A program made the translations under genes and the position numbers. From IMG/VR virus record IMGVR_UViG_3300032220_000699, positions 1 to 64,000 of that record: a stretch of 64,000 nt of DNA, one strand, 5' to 3'. The stretch is from a virus. The notes under the pieces were generated by a model that was not told the origin of the DNA, made no database searches, and saw only the letters and a program-made list of their open reading frames with translations. Below, piece after piece: positions 1 through 8,820 of the stretch (position 1 is its first letter; each line of letters starts with the position of its first letter).

Positions 1-3000
1 CCTTATTCGACCACACCTAGCGGTTTCTTGAAGTGTAACGGCGCTGAAGTTGATAAGACGACTTACGCTAATCTTTATTCTGTTATTGGTGATACTTTCG
101 CAGGTGATTTAACTCCTGGTTGTGGTAAGCCATGGCAGTTACAATATGCTTTTAATAAAGCACAAACAGCTGATGTTTTAGGTTGGTCTATTGGAACGTC
201 TTTACCAAGTGTTTTATGTCACACAACAGCTATTGTTACTAAGAATCGTGTTTACGTTCTTGGTGGTTACAATGGTTCAGCTTACACATCTACGGTTTAT
301 ACTGCTCCGATTAATAGTGATGGTACTATCGGAACATGGGTAACTGGAACACCGTTACCTTTAGGATTGATTGCATCAAGTGGTTTTGTTATTAATAATA
401 AAATTTATCTTGTCGGCGGTGCAACAGGCATAGGAACATATTTAAGTAATGTTTACTATGCCACTATTAATAGTGATGGTACTATTGGTTCTTGGGTAAC
501 TGGTCCCTCATTACCTGGTTTATTGGGATATACAAAAGTTATTGTTACTAAAAAACGTGTTTATACGTTAGCCGGTAACAATGGTAGTATTGCTATTTCT
601 ACAATTTATACTGCTACCATTAATGACGATGGAACTCTTAATGCGTGGTCTGCATATGGATCATTGCCTTATTCAGGATATCTCTGTTATACTGCTGTTA
701 TTAAAGATCGCTTATATGTTATTGGTGGCTACAGTAGTGGTTATAGAAGAGACGTTTATTACGCTAATATTGATAGCGAAGGTCTTTTAGGGGCTTGGAT
801 TTCTGGTATTTTCTTGCCAAAGGGTATGTCTCATGGCGAGTGTTTTACTACAGAAAATAAAATTCATATTACTTTTGAAAATGAGGTTTACACAGCACCT
901 ATCTATTCAGACGGTAGTTTAGGTACATGGTATAAGAGTGCAACACTTCCTTATAACATGGGTGAAACTGAATGTGTTATTACTAGTAGTAAAATTTATT
1001 TGATTTCAGCAGCTGCCGGTACTTATAATGGTTATGTTATATACGCTGATTTTGCTGGTGGTGGTAATGATTATTCTGCTTATTATGGCGGTGCGGATGC
1101 AACTATTAATTATTTAATACCTGGTTGTGGTAAACCATGGCAGCAACAATATCAGATCAATAATACACAATCTGCCGATATCACTGGTTGGTCTACATCT
1201 GGCACTCTTCCAGACAGTGTTTTAGCACCACAGGCAATTGTTACCAAGAATCGTGTTTATTTGATTGGTGGAGATAATACAACTACAGCAGCTGGTGCTA
1301 TTTCTTCGGTATATACAGCACCTATCAATAGTGATGGCACACTTGGAACATGGTCAGCTGGTACAAGTCTACCTGGTGCTTTAAGTAGAAGCACTAATGT
1401 TATTACCAAGAATCGCATATATATCATTGGTGGTTGGAATGGAACATCTGCTGTTTCTAGTATTTATACTGCTGTTATTAACGCAGATGGCACATTAGGT
1501 GCATGGTCAACAACTACTTCTTTTCCTATAGCTATCTACTGGACTAATTGTGTAGCTATTAAAAATAAACTTTATACTTTTGGCGGGATTAATGGTAGTT
1601 CGGTATCAGTTTCAAGCATTTATAGCGCGACTATTAATTCTGATGGAACTATTGGTGCTTGGTCTAATGTTTCGTCTTTGCCTGTTGCTGTTAATTCAAC
1701 ATCTATAGCTTTAACTAAAAATAAAATATATTTAATTGGTGGTCACACAGGAAGCACTTATTTAAATAATGTTTATGTGGCTTCTATAAATTCCGATGGA
1801 ACTTTAGGCGCCTGGAGTTCTAGTTATTCTTTACCTACTGTTGTTTCTACAAGTCAAGTTTTCGTGACTAAAAATACAATTTATTTGTTAGGAGGTAGCG
1901 CTAATAGTTCTACTCCAACTACGATAGTTTATAAAACTTCTATTAGTTCTGATGGTTCAATAGGCGCATGGGCGGCAAGCACATCATTGTCATCTGCTTT
2001 GTCAGGATCACAAGTTATTGGGACTAATAATCGTGTGTATTTGCTTGGTGGTAGTCTAAACACATGGTCAAATCCAACAAATACTATCATTAGTGCACCA
2101 ATTTCAGGTGGTCTTAATGACTACTCGTCTTATTATGACGGGACATATTCTTTAGATGGCGTAGGTATTAATTACATGATGCCTGGTTCTGGTAAACCAT
2201 GGCAGCAACAATATCAGATCAATGAAACACAGTCTGCCGATATCACTGGCTGGGTGACTGAAACCCCCTTATCATTTAATATTTGCGCACAAGGATGTAT
2301 AGTCACTAAGAATCGTGTTTATTTTATTGGTGGTTGGAATGGTAGTATAAATAGTGCTATCTCTACAGTTTATACTGCTCCTATAAATTCTGATGGAACT
2401 TTAGGTGCTTGGACAACTGGCACCAGTTTACCAGGAGCTATAAGTTTCACACAAACTATCACAACTAAAAATAGAGTATATGTATTAGGTGGATCAACTA
2501 CCGTTGCACATGTTTCTACAGTTTATACTGCGCCTATTAATTCTGACGGTACACTTGGCACTTGGTCTACTGGAAATAGTTTGCCAGGAAATCTTTCCTC
2601 GTCTTCAGCTGTTATAACCAAGAATCGTATATATCTAATTGGTGGTCACAATGGTTCTGCTTCAGTGTCTACTGTTTATACTACAGTAATTAACTCTGAC
2701 GGTACTATCGGCACTTGGACTACTGGTACATCTTTACCCAGTCCTGTTGGTAATTCTGTAACTATTGTCACTAAGAATCGTGTCTATTTATTAGGTGGAA
2801 GCAATTCTGGAACTTATATCTCTACAGTTTACACAGCACCTATTAATACTGACGGAACTTTAGGTGCTTGGACAACTGGTACCAGTTTACCTATTGCACC
2901 TCATTCGCATAATGTGTTTGTTACAAAAAATACAGTTTATCTTTTTGGTGGATTTAATGGTGTTGCTCTTCTTTCTAGCGTTTATCGGGCATCTATTAAT

Positions 3001-4365
3001 GCTGATGGTACATTAGGCAGTTGGTCAATAGCTACTTCTTTGCCTTCTTATAGCAATAATGCTTCTGTTATAGCCACTAAAAATCGTATCTATCTGATGG
3101 GTAACTGGAATGCAAATCAAACTACTTCAGGTACTGTTTATTCTGCGGCAATTCTTGAAGGTTTGAATGACTATTCTCCATACTACGATGGAACATATAT
3201 TACACCTGATACGACAGTTAATTACATGATGCCTGGTTCTGGTAAACCTTGGCAGCAACAATATCAAATTAACCAAACACAGATTGAAAATAATTTAGCT
3301 TGGTCAGCCGGAACAGCTCTTCCTTCGGTGCTTTCTAGCACACAAACAGTTGTAACTAAGAATCGTGTTTATCTAATTGGCGGAACTACCAATGGCAGTA
3401 ATGCTGTTTCCACTGTTTATACTGCTCCTATCAATGTCGATGGAACTTTAGGTACTTGGGTTACAGATACATCTATTCCTGGTGTTTTAAGTAATTCTCA
3501 GGCGATAGTAACTAAGAATCGTGTATACCTTTTAGGAGGCACGACCACTTCTTCAGCGTATACTTCTGTAGTTTATACAGCACCTATCAATAGTGACGGA
3601 ACTTTAGGCAGTTGGTCAACTGCTACCAGTTTGCCGAGCAATTTTGCATACTCACAGGCAATAGTAACTAAGAATCGTGTATACCTTTTAGGTGGACATA
3701 ATGGTAGTGCGCATACTTCTACAGTCTATACTGCTCCTATTAATACTGACGGTACACTTGGTACTTGGACTACTAGTTCATCATTACCTGGTGTTTTAAC
3801 ATTTAGTTCAGTAGCTATAACTAAGAATCGTGTATACCTTTTAGGTGGTTTTAATGGTAGCGGTTGGTCGTCTACTGTTTATACCGCAGCCATTAACAGC
3901 GATGGCACTTTAGGCACTTGGTCAACTAGCACTTCTCTTCTTAATGTGTTAGGTCGATCTATATCTTTTGTTACCAAAGATCGTATTTGGTTGTTTGGCG
4001 GTGACATCAACCAACCAACATTTTCTGCAAATGTTTACACAGCGCCTATCAACACTGATGGTACAATTGGAACATGGGTTTCTAATTTAACACTAGTAGG
4101 CGGAGCTTTGCCTGGTGGATTAAGTTTTTCACAATTAGTTTGTGTTAAAAATTACCTATATCTTTTAGGTGGGTACACTGGATCAAGTACAGTTACATCT
4201 GTTGTTTATAAAGCTCCTGTGTTGTCCGATATACAAGATTATTCTCCGTACTATGACGGAACAATTCAACCTGTTTCAACAGTTTCTACTAAGTTTAAAT
4301 TGCCAGACTACACTCTTCTCGATAGAGAGTTTGGTGAATCTGTAACTAGTTATATCAAGTTTTAA
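1..4365 (+). CDS. Tail fibre/adhesin, 5'-truncated by the window: split tail-collar domain with 4 tandem six-bladed Kelch-like propeller modules
   Basis: Frame is open from base 1 (PYSTTPSGFLKCNGAEVDKTTYANLYSVIG, collar N-half). 24 repeats of about 51 aa (TKNRVYLLGG...VYTAPINSDGTLG.W). C-terminal KFKLPDY resembles the collar C-half. Confidence 0.85.
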   Translation, partial: PYSTTPSGFLKCNGAEVDKTTYANLYSVIGDTFAGDLTPGCGKPWQLQYAFNKAQTADVLGWSIGTSLPSVLCHTTAIVTKNRVYVLGGYNGSAYTSTVYTAPINSDGTIGTWVTGTPLPLGLIASSGFVINNKIYLVGGATGIGTYLSNVYYATINSDGTIGSWVTGPSLPGLLGYTKVIVTKKRVYTLAGNNGSIAISTIYTATINDDGTLNAWSAYGSLPYSGYLCYTAVIKDRLYVIGGYSSGYRRDVYYANIDSEGLLGAWISGIFLPKGMSHGECFTTENKIHITFENEVYTAPIYSDGSLGTWYKSATLPYNMGETECVITSSKIYLISAAAGTYNGYVIYADFAGGGNDYSAYYGGADATINYLIPGCGKPWQQQYQINNTQSADITGWSTSGTLPDSVLAPQAIVTKNRVYLIGGDNTTTAAGAISSVYTAPINSDGTLGTWSAGTSLPGALSRSTNVITKNRIYIIGGWNGTSAVSSIYTAVINADGTLGAWSTTTSFPIAIYWTNCVAIKNKLYTFGGINGSSVSVSSIYSATINSDGTIGAWSNVSSLPVAVNSTSIALTKNKIYLIGGHTGSTYLNNVYVASINSDGTLGAWSSSYSLPTVVSTSQVFVTKNTIYLLGGSANSSTPTTIVYKTSISSDGSIGAWAASTSLSSALSGSQVIGTNNRVYLLGGSLNTWSNPTNTIISAPISGGLNDYSSYYDGTYSLDGVGINYMMPGSGKPWQQQYQINETQSADITGWVTETPLSFNICAQGCIVTKNRVYFIGGWNGSINSAISTVYTAPINSDGTLGAWTTGTSLPGAISFTQTITTKNRVYVLGGSTTVAHVSTVYTAPINSDGTLGTWSTGNSLPGNLSSSSAVITKNRIYLIGGHNGSASVSTVYTTVINSDGTIGTWTTGTSLPSPVGNSVTIVTKNRVYLLGGSNSGTYISTVYTAPINTDGTLGAWTTGTSLPIAPHSHNVFVTKNTVYLFGGFNGVALLSSVYRASINADGTLGSWSIATSLPSYSNNASVIATKNRIYLMGNWNANQTTSGTVYSAAILEGLNDYSPYYDGTYITPDTTVNYMMPGSGKPWQQQYQINQTQIENNLAWSAGTALPSVLSSTQTVVTKNRVYLIGGTTNGSNAVSTVYTAPINVDGTLGTWVTDTSIPGVLSNSQAIVTKNRVYLLGGTTTSSAYTSVVYTAPINSDGTLGSWSTATSLPSNFAYSQAIVTKNRVYLLGGHNGSAHTSTVYTAPINTDGTLGTWTTSSSLPGVLTFSSVAITKNRVYLLGGFNGSGWSSTVYTAAINSDGTLGTWSTSTSLLNVLGRSISFVTKDRIWLFGGDINQPTFSANVYTAPINTDGTIGTWVSNLTLVGGALPGGLSFSQLVCVKNYLYLLGGYTGSSTVTSVVYKAPVLSDIQDYSPYYDGTIQPVSTVSTKFKLPDYTLLDREFGESVTSYIKF

Positions 4366-4375
4366 TCATAAAAGA

Positions 4376-4403
4376 CACCAAGAGGGAGTAATCCCTCTTG
4401 GTG
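4376..4403. terminator. Intrinsic terminator between convergent genes
   Basis: 12-bp perfect stem CACCAAGAGGGA/TCCCTCTTGGTG, GTAA loop, flanked by A and T tracts. Confidence 0.85.
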
Positions 4404-4414
4404 ATCTTCTTTTT

Positions 4415-5098
4415 TTATCGACGAACTAAGTTTTCCAACTGTGTTGGTTCTTTTTCTTTCTGAACCAAAGCTGAAGTCAAACCTTCTGTAAAGTAATTAC
4501 CTGCTACTTTATTCAATGTACTTAATGCCGAGAAATAGACATTTGTCAGATCAACAAACTCGGGAGTAGCGCTAGGATCTTGTCTTAAAAAGACAGACTT
4601 ATCTTTCTTTGTTCTAGCAATAAAACTGGTAACCAACTCAGCGGCTACAAAGTTATCACCAAGGTTACTACCAGAATAAGGCTGTAAATTATCCATAACC
4701 TTAATCAAGTCCTCATAACCCATAAACCAAGGACCCTTAGCATAGATAAAATAATTTTCAAAGAAGTTATAGCTAAGAAGATCTTTCTTAACAACATTCA
4801 CATTGTTAATGATGCAGTCATCTTTACCATAGATCAACTGAATATAAGTTTCACCATCACGATCAACCTCACCAATAATAATCGGAGAAGTGTTAATCAA
4901 TGTAGGCACAACTGATACACTATAACTGTCGCCAATGATGATAGCAAATACACCATAAAGATAAGTCACATCCTGAATATCCAGAAGTTCTTTATTAGCA
5001 TACCACTTTGGAAACTCGATGATTGTCTTTTCTTTTGTAAAGACTTTGTTGTCTTTGATATACAGCTTTGATTCGATAAGTGCTTTATCTCGTTTCAC
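4415..5098 (-). CDS. Probable C-terminal beta' fragment of the virion RNA polymerase (phiKZ gp176-like)
   Basis: 227 aa, GTG start with AAGGAG RBS. The C-terminal NVYFSALSTLNKVAGNYFTEGLTSALV resembles the beta' terminal region. Assignment is from memory. Confidence 0.55.
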   Translation of the reverse strand: MKRDKALIESKLYIKDNKVFTKEKTIIEFPKWYANKELLDIQDVTYLYGVFAIIIGDSYSVSVVPTLINTSPIIIGEVDRDGETYIQLIYGKDDCIINNVNVVKKDLLSYNFFENYFIYAKGPWFMGYEDLIKVMDNLQPYSGSNLGDNFVAAELVTSFIARTKKDKSVFLRQDPSATPEFVDLTNVYFSALSTLNKVAGNYFTEGLTSALVQKEKEPTQLENLVRR

Positions 5099-5099
5099 T

Positions 5100-5807
5100 C
5101 TATTGCTCCTTAACTATAAAGTAAGATTTGCTATACTTGGGAATATTATTATGGAAAACATCTTCGACATGATGTCTATTGATGTCACAAGCAGAACGTG
5201 TCCCGTATAACACTTTCTTACTCTTAAGACAATACTTCTCTACATTATTGAACCAGATATTAGGATTACAATTACTGGATAACCCACAGGCTCTTCGTTC
5301 TTTAAGAACTCCACCTAATCCACCGTTATAAGCAGCATCAACCATCTGCATACGGTTTTCTTTATTCTCAATAGTAAAGAGTTTCTTGTAATCGTCTCTT
5401 AACATTAAGATCATAATTCTTAATTGAATATCAGGGCGCTGATAAATAGTTTCCCATTTAGCTTCTCTGAGTTCTACTTTATAACGTTTAGCCATTTCAC
5501 CTAAAGTATCAAAACGAACTGAGCCATCAGGATTAAAAGCTCTTGTTACCTGACCTAAACCAGCTCCTTCTTCTCTAGCTGTTTTAAGTCTTGATAAACT
5601 ATTCCAACACTTTTTATGTTTAAGTGTTATACAACTTTCATGTTCTATCAACGATGGAACATAGTTGTAGTTATAAAGATCAGAAAAGTTATTATCTAAT
5701 TCCGTCTTAATAGTGTCACGATAAGTAAAGGCTTGAGGAGGAATAATATCAACCTCAGCAAATACCATAGTACTCACTAGAAGTAATAACCAAACTAACT
5801 TTTTCAT
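5100..5807 (-). CDS. Lytic transglycosylase (SLT-like) endolysin with N-terminal signal peptide
   Basis: MKKLVWLLLLVSTMVFA|EVD signal. SLT motifs: LIEHES (catalytic Glu), GLGQ, AAYNGG. Confidence 0.8.
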   Translation of the reverse strand: MKKLVWLLLLVSTMVFAEVDIIPPQAFTYRDTIKTELDNNFSDLYNYNYVPSLIEHESCITLKHKKCWNSLSRLKTAREEGAGLGQVTRAFNPDGSVRFDTLGEMAKRYKVELREAKWETIYQRPDIQLRIMILMLRDDYKKLFTIENKENRMQMVDAAYNGGLGGVLKERRACGLSSNCNPNIWFNNVEKYCLKSKKVLYGTRSACDINRHHVEDVFHNNIPKYSKSYFIVKEQ

Positions 5808-5809
5808 TT

Positions 5810-6109
5810 TTAACTCCTTAATCCAATTTGTTTAACTTCTTCTATTGTTTGTTTTGATTTTTTAAAGAACTCATGTTCTTGTTCAGTTATTTCATCTGGA
5901 CAATATTTTAATTTAAGTTCATAAATTTCAATTTGTTTTTCATCGTGTTTAATAGCTGTTAATTTAGCCATAGTTGACATCACACTAAGATGATGTTCTG
6001 TCAGCATTAACTTTTGTTTCAGGTGATCAACTTCACGATTAGCTTTAGCTATTGCTGCTCGTTTACGAGATGAACTCATTTTAAATCCTTTATCGTATGA
6101 AACTTCCAA
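5810..6109 (-). CDS. Hypothetical protein
   Basis: Packed directly upstream of the endolysin. Probable start is MSSSRKR after an AAGGA RBS. Confidence 0.65.
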   Translation of the reverse strand: MEVSYDKGFKMSSSRKRAAIAKANREVDHLKQKLMLTEHHLSVMSTMAKLTAIKHDEKQIEIYELKLKYCPDEITEQEHEFFKKSKQTIEEVKQIGLRS

Positions 6110-6141
6110 AATTCTTTGATTAACCTTGAAAGGATAACAAA

Positions 6142-6681
6142 ATGTCAGTCCGATATTCAGATATCAGAGACAGTTTGAGGACAGGAGATCTTGTGTCTTG
6201 GAAAGCTGGGAAAGTTAATTCTTTCTTTACAGCAGTTTTAAAGATCTATCAAAAAATTCTCAAGCCTAAATCTGTTCATGTAGGTATTGTGTTTGTAATT
6301 GGTGGGCGTATATTTGTTGTTGAAGCTCGTCCTCCAGCGATTCGTATTTATCCATTATCACAGATGGAAGATTTTTATCTTATTCGAACCAATATTCCTG
6401 ATGAGAAAGCTAATGTCGATTTCTTATTACAAGAAGTTGGTGTTGAATATGGAATTTTAGATTTGGTTAGAGGTTTGCTTTTTGCAGACGGTAAAAATAA
6501 TAAACAACAATATTGCTCTGAGCTTGGATCTCTTTATTATGAAGTTGTTGGTCTACTTGACTCTTCCAAATACGATGAAGCCTGGAGAACTCCAGACAAC
6601 CTAATTGAGGCTATGTGTGAGATCACAGGGTCTGATCCTATTCATGTTAAAATTGATAGAGGTAATTTAAATGCCGTTTAA
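6142..6681 (+). CDS. Permuted papain-like amidase (YiiX/YaeF-type NlpC/P60)
   Basis: LRTGDLV...HVGIV...YCSEL with His before Cys; AAGGA RBS. Confidence 0.75.
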   Translation: MSVRYSDIRDSLRTGDLVSWKAGKVNSFFTAVLKIYQKILKPKSVHVGIVFVIGGRIFVVEARPPAIRIYPLSQMEDFYLIRTNIPDEKANVDFLLQEVGVEYGILDLVRGLLFADGKNNKQQYCSELGSLYYEVVGLLDSSKYDEAWRTPDNLIEAMCEITGSDPIHVKIDRGNLNAV

Positions 6682-7759
6682 TGTCCCTGTTCTCGATCTA
6701 GATATTACGGGTTTAAACCCTAATAACAGAATTTCTGATGAACCACACACTTTATCAAATAGACCTGTTAGAAGTATTGCTACTAATCTTGGTCCCTTTT
6801 TTGGTGAAAGTGTTGTTATTAAGAATGGTGCTGCTACTCTTTCTCGTGGTAGCGACTATCAAATTGTTGAATTACATCAAGAAGCAACGCTTAAATATGG
6901 TAAGGAAATTGCTTCAGTTATTCTTATTATTAATGCTAACGTTCCGTCTGATGTAACAGTTACTTACCAAGCTTTGGGTGGTCATTATACTTATAATGAC
7001 AATGCTATTGGTAATATGTACCAATCGGTTATGAATGATAATCGTCCTGTTGACTGGACAAATATCTTCAATAAACCAACAGAATTTAATCCAGCTATTC
7101 ACAGACACCTTTTAGAAGATGTCTATGGTTTTGAACCTATCGTCGATTATCTTGAACGAATCAAGAGGGCAATTACTCTTGGTCAAACAACGGTTGTTCT
7201 TGAAATTGTTAATTCTCTTTTGTCTAAGTTTAAGTGTGGTGAACTTCCGAAGTGTTTGCCTAGCAATAAACTTATTCAATATGACGCTATGTTATATTTC
7301 CTTAGTAGAAGGAAAATTCTTAATAATATTTGGGTTGATAAGAAAGATTGTATCTGGTATAAAGGCGACAGTGCTGTTGTTCAGATTGATACGTCTGGTT
7401 ATCCTATCGGAACAACACTGTTCTGGGAACTCTATAAACCTGAAATGAATATCGGGACATTCGGCGCTAAGAGTGGTTCCTTTAAAACTAACGGTGCTAT
7501 TAAAGAAATTCAGATTTATGTACCTGCTGACACAGGAACAGTTGAGTATCCTTTATATCTTGGTGTTAAGGAATCTCCTGTCGATGTGGATTACAAAGCT
7601 GTTACCTATCTGATTGATATTCGTGAACATATTAGTACGGACTACATTTATCCGTATCTTCTTAATAATGCTCTTGAATTTAATGATACCAACGCAATGC
7701 TTGCTATGATTGCTGATGACGATGAACGTCGTTTGTATTACACACTTTCGAACTATTAA
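6671..7759 (+). CDS. phiKZ-type virion structural (tail/fibre-base) protein
   Basis: N-terminal LDITGLNPNNRI..E.H / YQALGG / W..I.N.P..F.P..H domain shared with 14238..15263; overlaps the upstream stop codon. Confidence 0.7.
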   Translation: MPFNVPVLDLDITGLNPNNRISDEPHTLSNRPVRSIATNLGPFFGESVVIKNGAATLSRGSDYQIVELHQEATLKYGKEIASVILIINANVPSDVTVTYQALGGHYTYNDNAIGNMYQSVMNDNRPVDWTNIFNKPTEFNPAIHRHLLEDVYGFEPIVDYLERIKRAITLGQTTVVLEIVNSLLSKFKCGELPKCLPSNKLIQYDAMLYFLSRRKILNNIWVDKKDCIWYKGDSAVVQIDTSGYPIGTTLFWELYKPEMNIGTFGAKSGSFKTNGAIKEIQIYVPADTGTVEYPLYLGVKESPVDVDYKAVTYLIDIREHISTDYIYPYLLNNALEFNDTNAMLAMIADDDERRLYYTLSNY

Positions 7760-7765
7760 TTATGG

Positions 7766-7791
7766 ATCTCTCCTGGGTGACCGGGAGAGAT
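7766..7791 (+). terminator. Intrinsic terminator
   Basis: ATCTCTCCTGG-GTGA-CCGGGAGAGAT followed by T-rich sequence. Confidence 0.75.
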
Positions 7792-7843
7792 TTATTATCC
7801 TTTAAAAATAGTGTGACATACTACCAATTAAGGATATTTCACC

Positions 7844-8707
7844 ATGAAATTATTTTCAAATAAAGACCAAATTGCGTTGAATTTTTCAATGGAAGAATTC
7901 CGTGGTCACTACCAAACAGCTAAGGTTATATCGGCTGAATCATTGACTGATTACTTCTACAAAGTTAAAGATGTTTTCTCCACTGTCTTTAACAACCTGA
8001 GTGGCGCTGTTAATGATAAGATTGTTATCGATACCACCTCTACTCGTTTTGAAACATTAGCACGCATTAAACGTGTTAAGTTTATTGATATGAAAGACTA
8101 TATTACATCGAAGCCTGAAAACTTCCATGGTAAATATGTCGACTATACTCTTGACCTGCTGAATGCTTCTAAGGTTTTAGTTGAGAATACTGAATCTACT
8201 CTGAATAATCTTAAACTAGCTATCAGTTCTTTTGTGAATGAATATTCCGAGAACAAGGTTGCTACGCTTTACGGTGCTGTTTATTTCAAAGAAGCCGAAA
8301 AGCTCGTTGAAGAAAATCGTAAAGATATTTCTAAATATTTCGTTGGTAGTAATGGTTCAACAAAGGCTTACATTCGTGATGTCCTTAAGACCACTAACGA
8401 TGTTGAAACACTTTATAAGAACATAGAAGTTCTTGACTCGACACTGAATCTTTCTAAGATCGAATATATCGCTAAGCTCACAAATGAATGTGTGAGTTTA
8501 ATTGATACTCTGATCGATCAAAATACCAAATCAGATATGCTGTCTAAGAATGACAGTATTAAAAAGGAACTCATTTCTGCTATTCATATCTCGGCTCGTG
8601 AAGTCGAGTTCTTAAACTATCTTTATGCTAACGCTGTTACGTTCTATGGCTGTTTTAAGAGCCTCACAGACGACATGAATAAAGCAGTTGATACCATTGA
8701 AGCCTAA
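7844..8707 (+). CDS. Probable head/inner-body virion protein
   Basis: 287 aa, AAGGA RBS, early S-M-E motif matching the S/A/G-x-E cleavage consensus of phiKZ-type prohead proteases. Confidence 0.6.
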   Translation: MKLFSNKDQIALNFSMEEFRGHYQTAKVISAESLTDYFYKVKDVFSTVFNNLSGAVNDKIVIDTTSTRFETLARIKRVKFIDMKDYITSKPENFHGKYVDYTLDLLNASKVLVENTESTLNNLKLAISSFVNEYSENKVATLYGAVYFKEAEKLVEENRKDISKYFVGSNGSTKAYIRDVLKTTNDVETLYKNIEVLDSTLNLSKIEYIAKLTNECVSLIDTLIDQNTKSDMLSKNDSIKKELISAIHISAREVEFLNYLYANAVTFYGCFKSLTDDMNKAVDTIEA

Positions 8708-8721
8708 CTAAAAAATAATTG

Positions 8722-8812
8722 CTCCAAGGGCCTGAAAATGGCCTTTGGAGTTATTATTACTTTGTACCTAATAAAGATAAAAGAACACCACGGATTTCTC
8801 CGTGGTGTTCTT
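8722..8812. terminator. Two back-to-back terminators between convergent genes
   Basis: Hairpins at 8722-8750 and 8781-8812; the second is a 14-bp perfect stem with a GAAA loop on the minus strand. Confidence 0.8.
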
Positions 8813-8820
8813 CTTAATTA

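Noticed and set aside
1-4365. Diversity-generating retroelement or CRISPR-like array explanation for the repeats
   Set aside because: There is no reverse transcriptase and no non-coding template repeat or adenine-specific variation. The repeats are in-frame coding units, not repeat-spacer arrays.
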